IMG/VR virus record: IMGVR_UViG_3300033562_001585
Location: 1-24,611 of that record
Origin: a virus
Lineage: Duplodnaviria > Caudoviricetes
Direction: 5' to 3' (one strand)
Length of the DNA stretch: 24,611 bases
Under the pieces are notes generated by a model. The model ran no database searches, had not been told where the DNA came from, and worked only from the letters and a program-made list of their open reading frames with translations. This document shows positions 9,296 to 16,582 of this stretch, piece by piece. Within the stretch, counting starts at the first letter, position 1. Each line of letters starts with the position of its first letter. A program made the translations under genes and the position numbers.

Positions 9296-9391
9296 TTAAC
9301 TTTTAAAATTCATGTAATAAGTTGTAAGTAATATTTCCTTGAAGTTAGCTAGGAAATTGATTGTTCTGTTATAGAATTTAAATTTATACAT
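9296..9391 (-). CDS. Possible 31-aa upstream ORF, in frame with the endonuclease gene
   Basis: MYKFKFYNRTINFLANFKEILLTTYYMNFKS*. ATG is 4 nt after a TATTTATA motif; one TAA plus four codons separate it from the 9283 ATG. Confidence 0.25.
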   Translation of the reverse strand: MYKFKFYNRTINFLANFKEILLTTYYMNFKS

Positions 9392-9395
9392 ATAT

Positions 9396-9403
9396 TATAA
9401 ATA
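9396..9403 (-). promoter_or_regulatory. Putative late motif variant (C)TATTTATA for the endonuclease gene
   Basis: TATAAATA on + strand in the divergent intergenic region. Confidence 0.4.
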
Positions 9404-9442
9404 GTATCCTAGCAAGTATTTTTTATTAAAATTTAAAATTTA

Positions 9443-9451
9443 GTATTTATA
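9443..9451 (+). promoter_or_regulatory. Putative late promoter motif GTATTTATA (717-aa gene operon)
   Basis: GTATTTATA on + strand, 18 nt upstream of ATG 9470; fixes the motif's orientation relative to the gene. Confidence 0.6.
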
Positions 9452-9469
9452 TGAAATAGAAATATATAA

Positions 9470-11623
9470 ATGAATAAGACTCAGCGCATTTTCATAAATT
9501 CAGAAAATAAAGATACTGACAAACATATTAAGGTAAAATTAGAGCAAAGTGTTAAAACTCTAGAATTCTTATCAATATCTATTGATACTAGCGATGTTTA
9601 TCAAAGTTTTAATTCCGATTATGGTGTTTTAGTTGGAAGAGTGATTGCTAATAACAGTATAGGTATTCCTAATGCTAAAATTTCAATTTTTATACCATTA
9701 ACTGATACAGATTCTACTGACCCTGATATATATAGTCTTTATCCATATACTACCCCAAGAGATATTAATAATGAAGGTAAACGATATAATTTGCTTCCTA
9801 GAGTAGGTAAATTTGTTGATGGTACTGCTAGACCACCACAACCATTCGGATCATTACCAATAAAAGAGGAAATAATAACTAATGAAGAATTTTTAAAAGT
9901 ATATAAAAAATATTATAAATATACTGCAACAACTAATGAAGCAGGTGATTATATGATATTTGGTGTACCAATTGGTACTCAAACTGTTCATATGAGTGTA
10001 GATATTACAGATATTGGGGAATATTCAATGAGTCCAGCTAGTATGATTAAATCATTAGGATATTCTGAAAATTTATTTATAAATGGTACAATAATTAAAC
10101 CTAGTAGTGATTTAAATGATTTACCACATATTGAAACACAAGAAGTTGGAGTTGATATTATACCTTTTTGGGGTGATGCTACTAATTTCGAAATAGGTAT
10201 TACCAGACAAGATTTCAAGATTAGATCAGTAATTACAAATACTTTCACAATTTTTGCTAGTGCATTTACAGATGATGATGGTGCAATGAGAGGTGCTAAT
10301 ATTAATTCTGTAATAGAAATACCTGATGTTTATAGAGCAACTGAAAATGTAGATGTAAATGTAAGTATCTCAAAAAAAAGAACAGCAAATGTTACTGAAA
10401 AAATATATTATTATCCTACTGATATAAAAAATTCTGATATCAATAGTATTAATCCTGATATTGCTGATCCTATTACAGATATGAAATTATTAGATAAATC
10501 ACAATATTCTATATATAAACGTAATGGTGATTTTGTAATTATAATTAATTGCAATAGAGATAAAGTTATTACTGATGAATTTGGTAATAAAATTAGTGTT
10601 GATGATGATTATTCTGGTGGAGTGTTTACTACTTTTAAAGGATTTTTAACCCTTGAAATAACAAATGAAACACTACCAATGAATTTTAAAAATAGTTTTA
10701 ATGGTGCTGTAGCAACACCATATAGAATTATTTTAAAATTTCCACAATATGCTGAAAGAAATCATAGTTTTTCTCTACCAGATAATAATGATAATGATAT
10801 TTATGATACAAAAATTTGGAGAAAGTTACATTATACATTTAAAGCAGGTAATTTTTATACTTTAGCTAGATTTCATGGTACTACGCATAATAATTATACT
10901 CAAGGCGGTGATACAGAACACAATGAAAATAATGGATTTTTTACTCATGATGATGTTAATAAACCATTTAATTCAGACCCTTTTTGGAATGTTGGTGTTA
11001 TAGCAACAAATAAGATAGGTAATGAAATTACTAATATTGAATCAGAATTTCCTTCCAATTCAATTACTAATCAAGTAGAATCTAATAGAAATCTAAGTGT
11101 TTTTGGTGCGAATTGGTTAAATATGTCAATATATTTACCACAGTTAGGAGTTATAAGTGAAGGATATTCACATATAAAATATGTCAGAACATCAAATTAT
11201 TTATCGCATCAAATAACAGATAATAAAAACTTAAATAATTTTTTTATTCAAGATAATTCACAATATATAGCAGCAGGTGAAATAAATACTAAATGGTTTG
11301 CTAGATCAGATTTACATTGGACTGATATTATTGAAATACCTATAACTGATATAAAAACATTTAAAAGTATGCCAATAAAAGGATTTAATAGTAATGATAT
11401 AATTACATATGGTGTTACAGGTTTAAATAAAACATACACTGATACTAAATATAGAAATGGTGTTAATAATCCTAATAATTGGTCTACAACACCTTGTCCA
11501 ATTAATGGTGGTAAATTATTAGGTGATCCAACATCATTGGCTGATCCTAAAACTTATTTTTATAAAGGTTTAGGTAATTCTGATTGTATAAATTATTTAT
11601 TTGATTTAGGGTTAATAATATAA
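9470..11623 (+). CDS. Putative virion structural protein with carboxypeptidase-regulatory/transthyretin-like beta-sandwich region, 717 aa
   Basis: GVLVGRVIANNSIGIPNAKISIF...TNEAGDYMIFGVPIGTQTVHMSVD pattern; late motif upstream; Asn/Thr-rich C-terminal half. Confidence 0.55.
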   Translation: MNKTQRIFINSENKDTDKHIKVKLEQSVKTLEFLSISIDTSDVYQSFNSDYGVLVGRVIANNSIGIPNAKISIFIPLTDTDSTDPDIYSLYPYTTPRDINNEGKRYNLLPRVGKFVDGTARPPQPFGSLPIKEEIITNEEFLKVYKKYYKYTATTNEAGDYMIFGVPIGTQTVHMSVDITDIGEYSMSPASMIKSLGYSENLFINGTIIKPSSDLNDLPHIETQEVGVDIIPFWGDATNFEIGITRQDFKIRSVITNTFTIFASAFTDDDGAMRGANINSVIEIPDVYRATENVDVNVSISKKRTANVTEKIYYYPTDIKNSDINSINPDIADPITDMKLLDKSQYSIYKRNGDFVIIINCNRDKVITDEFGNKISVDDDYSGGVFTTFKGFLTLEITNETLPMNFKNSFNGAVATPYRIILKFPQYAERNHSFSLPDNNDNDIYDTKIWRKLHYTFKAGNFYTLARFHGTTHNNYTQGGDTEHNENNGFFTHDDVNKPFNSDPFWNVGVIATNKIGNEITNIESEFPSNSITNQVESNRNLSVFGANWLNMSIYLPQLGVISEGYSHIKYVRTSNYLSHQITDNKNLNNFFIQDNSQYIAAGEINTKWFARSDLHWTDIIEIPITDIKTFKSMPIKGFNSNDIITYGVTGLNKTYTDTKYRNGVNNPNNWSTTPCPINGGKLLGDPTSLADPKTYFYKGLGNSDCINYLFDLGLII

Positions 11624-11626
11624 ATT

Positions 11627-12826
11627 ATGGATGAAAAAATACAAATATTATTGGGTTCAGCTAAAAACATTAATAGTGTTAATGTTGATACTTATGCTAG
11701 AATCGAATTGACTAATAAACTTGAAGAAATTACTGAATATAGTATTAATAATAGTTTAAGTGCTTCAGATGTATTTGATGCTGAAAGAGAAGCATCTGAA
11801 ATATATAGAATATATGGTAAGATAGAATATTTTTCCTTATTAAATAATTTGAAAAATATTGGTATTCCAACGCTTAATGATTTTTTTATACCATATTTTC
11901 CTAGTGTAATTACAAATACTAACACATCTATAAATTTATTAAATTCATTTAATTTTTATTTATTAAGACCTTCGAATACAGGTTATACTAATATAATTAT
12001 TGAGGGTGATAATAGTTATTATATTAGAGATTTTGAAATTATTACAGATGATATTGATATATATCTAGCAGGTTTTTCTAACAATGTATTTAATGAACAA
12101 ACATATTCATTTAATTTTAATAAAGATATTAATATAGAAAACTTTATACAAAATATTAGTGTTAATAATTATACAGGTGGAACAGGGTTACCAGTAACTG
12201 AATTATATTTATTTGCTGAATTTATCCCAAATACAAATATCACAAAAGAATATACTAGTTGGGATAGTTTAGGTGTCTCAGGTAAAAAAAATTATGAAAA
12301 CACTAATAAAGTTTATAGTGATGTTATAAAGTTTTCTAAAGACGAATTTTCGATAGAAAATCATTATAACCAAACTCATTATATTACAACTAATTATTTT
12401 GATTCAGATTTTGGTGTTAAATCTTTAGTATGGAAATATAACCCATTAATTCCTTTAAAATTAAGGTATTTTAGTGATAGTATTAGTACAGCTAATATAA
12501 ATGACGTTTCATATGAAGAAACTTCTAAAATACCTTATTATGCATTAAAAGAAAACGATTTACCTACACCTGACAATGGAAAAAGAATTTGGAGAGAAAT
12601 TTTACCACAAGGTTATATTGATCCCATAAGTAATATTGGTGTTAATTATCCATTTGTAAATAATAGAAGATATTTATTTTCTAATATTATATTAGATGTT
12701 ATACCTGATTTAAGTATATCTGGCTCTAACACTTATAATGTATTTAAAAATTTAAATTTTTATAATCCTAATTTAATACATACACAACCTACATCAGGTT
12801 TAAATAATATAGGAAACCCATGCTAA
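11627..12826 (+). CDS. Hypothetical protein, probable virion/baseplate, 399 aa
   Basis: Coupled to the upstream gene; WREILPQGYIDP...GVNYPFVNNRRYLF conserved-looking C-terminus. Confidence 0.55.
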   Translation: MDEKIQILLGSAKNINSVNVDTYARIELTNKLEEITEYSINNSLSASDVFDAEREASEIYRIYGKIEYFSLLNNLKNIGIPTLNDFFIPYFPSVITNTNTSINLLNSFNFYLLRPSNTGYTNIIIEGDNSYYIRDFEIITDDIDIYLAGFSNNVFNEQTYSFNFNKDINIENFIQNISVNNYTGGTGLPVTELYLFAEFIPNTNITKEYTSWDSLGVSGKKNYENTNKVYSDVIKFSKDEFSIENHYNQTHYITTNYFDSDFGVKSLVWKYNPLIPLKLRYFSDSISTANINDVSYEETSKIPYYALKENDLPTPDNGKRIWREILPQGYIDPISNIGVNYPFVNNRRYLFSNIILDVIPDLSISGSNTYNVFKNLNFYNPNLIHTQPTSGLNNIGNPC

Positions 12827-13608
12827 ATAAATATATAATAAAAAGTGGTTCTGCTCAAAAAAATATTAGAATTAATTTAGGTTCTAATGAATCTTTTTTG
12901 GGATATCAGCAAGAAATTAATAACTATACTGAAATAGCTTCAGTTGAATTAATTAATGAAACTACTGATCCTGAAATGAAAAAATTTAAATATAATAGTG
13001 ATGTACCTTACATATCAGGTATAATGCTTAATTTTAATTTTAGTGAAACACCATTTAATAATAATGAAATAACAGGAAATACTTTAAACGTATTAAATAG
13101 TTTCTATTCAATGGAAACTTATGATGATTTCAATGAAAGTAATAATACTAAACTATCAACTAATTATTTCACAAAAGATTTTAATATAACTAATAATTAT
13201 AATATTAATAATTTTAATAAAAATCAATTTTATTATTTATATTTACCTGAATCGTTTATATTAAAACAAACAGGAACTACTGCCACAACATATTCAAGAT
13301 TTTTATTTTATAATGCTAAATCTGGTAAAACTTCGGTATTTTATAATGAATACGTTAATGCAGATACAGAAGAATATACTTATTTTAAAATTCAAATAAA
13401 TCTATTAAATAAATCATGGAAATTTACACAAGCAAGTAATGTAATAAATATTAATCAAATTCCTGAAATTAATAATGCATTTATTAAAAAAGTTAATGAT
13501 AGTATAAATAATTTCGATCAATTAAAACAATCATATCCTACTGGTAAAACATTTAATTATCTTACTCAGAATTATTTAACATTTAGTGGATTAACTGCTA
13601 CTTATTAA
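12820..13608 (+). CDS. Hypothetical protein, probable virion, 262 aa
   Basis: Overlaps upstream gene by 7 nt; Asn/Tyr/Phe-rich; several [ST]GxT motifs. Confidence 0.55.
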   Translation: MLNKYIIKSGSAQKNIRINLGSNESFLGYQQEINNYTEIASVELINETTDPEMKKFKYNSDVPYISGIMLNFNFSETPFNNNEITGNTLNVLNSFYSMETYDDFNESNNTKLSTNYFTKDFNITNNYNINNFNKNQFYYLYLPESFILKQTGTTATTYSRFLFYNAKSGKTSVFYNEYVNADTEEYTYFKIQINLLNKSWKFTQASNVININQIPEINNAFIKKVNDSINNFDQLKQSYPTGKTFNYLTQNYLTFSGLTATY

Positions 13609-14372
13609 ATTATTTGAGTTGATATACTAGGTTTTCTATATGTTTTAATTATTTGAAAATCTTCTTCATTTCTAATGAATCCACGTAAAGTTATATTGTA
13701 TTTAGATACAAAAAACTTATCCCCATCAATATTCTCTATTGTATTGGCTTCTGTTACATTATCTAAAAATAATGGCATAGGATTACCATCTAAAAATATA
13801 TAACTTTGTTTTGCTGCAAATTCTTTAAATACTGTTTCATCAAATTTATTAATATCTACAGCATATTTTGAAAATAACGATACTTCGTATGTTAAATCTA
13901 CATTTATTGGTTCTGGTGTTTTAAATCTTAAAAATATTATTTGACCTTCATCTAAAATTGGTACATCATAATACCTAAACTTCATTAATTGAGGTATCAA
14001 AGATTTTGCACTACCTAATCTAGTACCAATTTTCTTTTCGGTTCTTCTGACTGTAATATAAGGTGTTGGAACGTTTTTATCACCATCCATAAACTTCCAT
14101 GTTCTTTCAAATTCACCCCATCTTTCATTAAGTAAATAAAAGCAAGGAACTTTTTTTCCATCCATAATTAATTCCAGTTTACCTGTATCAACAAATTCAG
14201 ATACAGCTAAATCCAAATCTTCAAACATTATTGTTCTTGGAAGATATTTAGTTTTTTCGTCAGTTAATCTCATTAATTCCGCAATTCTTTCAAATCCATA
14301 TTCTAAATAAGTATTACCTATTTTAGTTGGGTTAATATCAAGTGAATATTTTACTTTTTTTGGCATTGCCAT
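13605..14372 (-). CDS. Tail terminator / sheath stabiliser (T4 gp15-like)
   Basis: 255 aa; KVP...ERW...PYITVRR...PEPINVDLTYEVSLFSKY..DINKF pattern typical of gp15-like completion proteins; own late motif. Confidence 0.6.
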   Translation of the reverse strand: MAMPKKVKYSLDINPTKIGNTYLEYGFERIAELMRLTDEKTKYLPRTIMFEDLDLAVSEFVDTGKLELIMDGKKVPCFYLLNERWGEFERTWKFMDGDKNVPTPYITVRRTEKKIGTRLGSAKSLIPQLMKFRYYDVPILDEGQIIFLRFKTPEPINVDLTYEVSLFSKYAVDINKFDETVFKEFAAKQSYIFLDGNPMPLFLDNVTEANTIENIDGDKFFVSKYNITLRGFIRNEEDFQIIKTYRKPSISTQII

Positions 14373-14388
14373 AATTTAAACATTTTTA

Positions 14389-14397
14389 TATAAATAC
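14389..14397 (-). promoter_or_regulatory. Putative late promoter motif GTATTTATA (gp15-like gene)
   Basis: TATAAATAC on + strand, 16 nt upstream of ATG 14372. Confidence 0.6.
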
Positions 14398-14398
14398 T

Positions 14399-14430
14399 TT
14401 TGTTTTTAATTACAAATTGTTATATATTTG
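14399..14430 (+). promoter_or_regulatory. Bacteroidota primary-sigma promoter (-33 TTTG / -7 TAnnTTTG)
   Basis: TTTG (14399-14402), 20-nt spacer, TATATTTG (14423-14430): full match to the consensus; heads the KTSC-dut-thyA block. Confidence 0.72.
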
Positions 14431-14445
14431 TCAAAAATATTTATC

Positions 14446-14799
14446 ATGATTGCTGAAAGAAACGAATACCTTAATGAAGATCAAACAATTGGTTATGTAG
14501 AAGCTATTTACGCTTCTGGTAATGTCTTAAAAACCACATATTTTCCTAAATCACAACGTTTATTTATTGCATTCAGTAGAGGGCATACATATTCGTATAA
14601 TAATGTTACAGAGGAAATATATAATGAATTTGAAAAGGCTGAATCACAAGGAAAGTATTTCATGGTAAATTTAAATAAACCTGATAAATTCCCAACCAGA
14701 AAAGAGTTTACCCTATATCCTTCTGAAGTAAATGAATGTAAATTAAAAATTGTTGAAGCAAAGAATAAACTAAATGACGAAAAAGCAGATACGATTTAA
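14446..14799 (+). CDS. KTSC domain protein
   Basis: SGNVLKTTYFPKSQRLFIAFSRGHTYSYNNV...YNEFEKAESQGKYF. Start moved to ATG 14446 because the track's TTG 14428 lies inside the -7 element. Confidence 0.8.
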   Translation: MIAERNEYLNEDQTIGYVEAIYASGNVLKTTYFPKSQRLFIAFSRGHTYSYNNVTEEIYNEFEKAESQGKYFMVNLNKPDKFPTRKEFTLYPSEVNECKLKIVEAKNKLNDEKADTI

Positions 14800-15082
14800 T
14801 GATTACGAATCAAGTGCTTTATTTACCCATATAGCATTAGATAATTTTTTTACCTATAAAACAGTTGATGTTAGATATAAAGGTAAAGTAGTTGGATGTT
14901 TAACTAGCAGCAATTCATTAATTTTAAATGATGTACCTGAAGTAGAAGAAATTTTAGAAAAGATAAATAATAATAAATTCAGCATATCATCCAGAAGTAC
15001 TGGAAAGTTAGATGCTGATGAAAAAATAACAGAAACACAAATAAACGAATATAATTTATTAGATAATGAAAATAAAGATTAA
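14774..15082 (+). CDS. Hypothetical protein, 102 aa, with similarity to the C-terminal half of gp21-type prohead protease
   Basis: LILNDVPEVEEILEKINNNKFSISSRSTGKL resembles gp21 (IL.TP.G.I...L...G[VI]SSRG.GS); no GELDHP-type His motif. Confidence 0.45.
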   Translation: MTKKQIRFNDYESSALFTHIALDNFFTYKTVDVRYKGKVVGCLTSSNSLILNDVPEVEEILEKINNNKFSISSRSTGKLDADEKITETQINEYNLLDNENKD

Positions 15083-15539
15083 ATACCACAATCAGAATTG
15101 TAAAATTGAATCCTTTGGAAATTGGATTGACCTTAAATCAGCAGAAACTGTAAATTTCAAAAAAGGCACATACAAACTAATTAGTTTAGGTATAGCTATG
15201 GAATTACCTAAATATTTTCAAGGTAATATTGTACCAAGGTCAGGTACATTCAAAAAGTATGGCTTGATTCAGACCAACCATTATGGCGTAGTAGACGGCC
15301 CTGATCAAAATGGTGCTGGATATTCAGGAAACGATGATGTGTGGCGTTTTGGTGCTTATGCATTGAAAGAATCGACAGTAACCGAAGGTGATAGAATTTG
15401 TCAGTTCGAAATACGTCCAACTATGAAAGCTCCTTGGTATGTTAAACTAAAATGGTTATTTGTTAGTAATATTACTTTCGTAGAGGTAGAAAATTTAGAA
15501 TCTAATAATCGTGGTGGTTATGGAAGCACAGGAAAGTAG
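15066..15539 (+). CDS. dut: Trimeric dUTPase
   Basis: Motifs WIDLKS, IVPRSG, GVVD...YSG, GDRICQF, RGGYGSTGK. Confidence 0.93.
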   Translation: MKIKIKYHNQNCKIESFGNWIDLKSAETVNFKKGTYKLISLGIAMELPKYFQGNIVPRSGTFKKYGLIQTNHYGVVDGPDQNGAGYSGNDDVWRFGAYALKESTVTEGDRICQFEIRPTMKAPWYVKLKWLFVSNITFVEVENLESNNRGGYGSTGK

Positions 15540-16044
15540 TTATTCATTAGAAAAATGGGAAAATATTGGATTATTAGAAGGTTTAACAGAAGAACAAAAA
15601 GTAAAAACTGTTGCTGCTTTTAATATTGCTTTAAAATATATAATGGAAAATGAAGATAAATATGAATCACATTCATTTTCAACCATACCATTTCCAATTA
15701 TTTATAAAATAATTAAAAGTCGTGATCTTAATGAAAAAGAAATAATTGAAATTATTAATGAATCTGTAGTACAATTTAATTTATTTGCTGATACTTCTGA
15801 ACTAAGTTATTATTATAATCTTGATATGGAAGCACTATTTATTTCAAAATATGCCGAACAAAAGATTGAAGAGCTAAATACTAGAGATGGTCAAATTAGT
15901 TTAAAACAACTACGTGAAATAAAAGAAGCTACTATTAGTAAATGGGAATCAATGGGTCTTTTGGAAGGTCTTGTAGCCTACGATGATAGTAACTTTGCTA
16001 AAATGTATGAATGCTGTCCAAATGCTAGAATTAATATAGAATAA
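15520..16044 (+). CDS. Hypothetical protein with two repeats resembling the MCP N-terminal segment (KWExxGLLEGL)
   Basis: Internal repeat KWENIGLLEGL / KWESMGLLEGL. ATG 15520 preferred over GTG 15511. Confidence 0.65.
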   Translation: MEAQESSYSLEKWENIGLLEGLTEEQKVKTVAAFNIALKYIMENEDKYESHSFSTIPFPIIYKIIKSRDLNEKEIIEIINESVVQFNLFADTSELSYYYNLDMEALFISKYAEQKIEELNTRDGQISLKQLREIKEATISKWESMGLLEGLVAYDDSNFAKMYECCPNARINIE

Positions 16045-16048
16045 TAAT

Positions 16049-16567
16049 ATGGGATATTTAAGCGAAAGAACTGATGAACATTATAATGGTTTAATACCAT
16101 TATATAATCTTCATTGCCCTATTAGTGGAGTACCATTAATTGAGTATGGTAAAAGTGGTGATGTAATGGATGGTGATACATTCTATTATAGTTTTCCACT
16201 AAAAGGATACATATATGCGAGACACCCTTTCATGTATGATTTTTTTAGATTAGTTACTGGATACAATAATTGTGAACAAGGAACAAGATTTTTTAAACTT
16301 TTAGAAGATAAAACTTGGCAAGAATATATTGGCGATAAAAGAACTGATCAATTATTTCCAATTGGTACTCCTAAATCTGAAATTAATAAAGTTGTTCAGA
16401 AAGAAAGAAAAGAACGTAAAGAAAGAAAACGTTTATATGATGAAGGTGTTGCAAATGGTACGATAACTCCATTACCAAAAGGTATTCGCATTGCAGCACG
16501 ATTAATCGAACAGGATAAAGTAACTGTTCAACCATTAAGTCCACCAACAGGTAAGATTTACTTTTAA
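16049..16567 (+). CDS. Hypothetical protein with C-terminal MCP-like peptide (VQPLSPPTG)
   Basis: Unknown N-terminal domain, charged helix (KERKERKERKR), then LPKGIRIAARLIEQDKVTVQPLSPPTGKIYF. Confidence 0.6.
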   Translation: MGYLSERTDEHYNGLIPLYNLHCPISGVPLIEYGKSGDVMDGDTFYYSFPLKGYIYARHPFMYDFFRLVTGYNNCEQGTRFFKLLEDKTWQEYIGDKRTDQLFPIGTPKSEINKVVQKERKERKERKRLYDEGVANGTITPLPKGIRIAARLIEQDKVTVQPLSPPTGKIYF

Positions 16568-16582
16568 CATTAATAAATAAAT

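Noticed and set aside
9988-11925. Minus-strand ORFs 9988-10248, 11248-11439, 11692-11925
   Set aside because: Short antisense shadows fully inside long + strand genes
14428-14445. TTG start for the KTSC gene
   Set aside because: It lies within the TAnnTTTG promoter element; ATG 14446 is more plausible
16399-16430. KERKERKERKR short tandem repeat
   Set aside because: Low-complexity charged helix with imperfect DNA repeats; no evidence of phase variation
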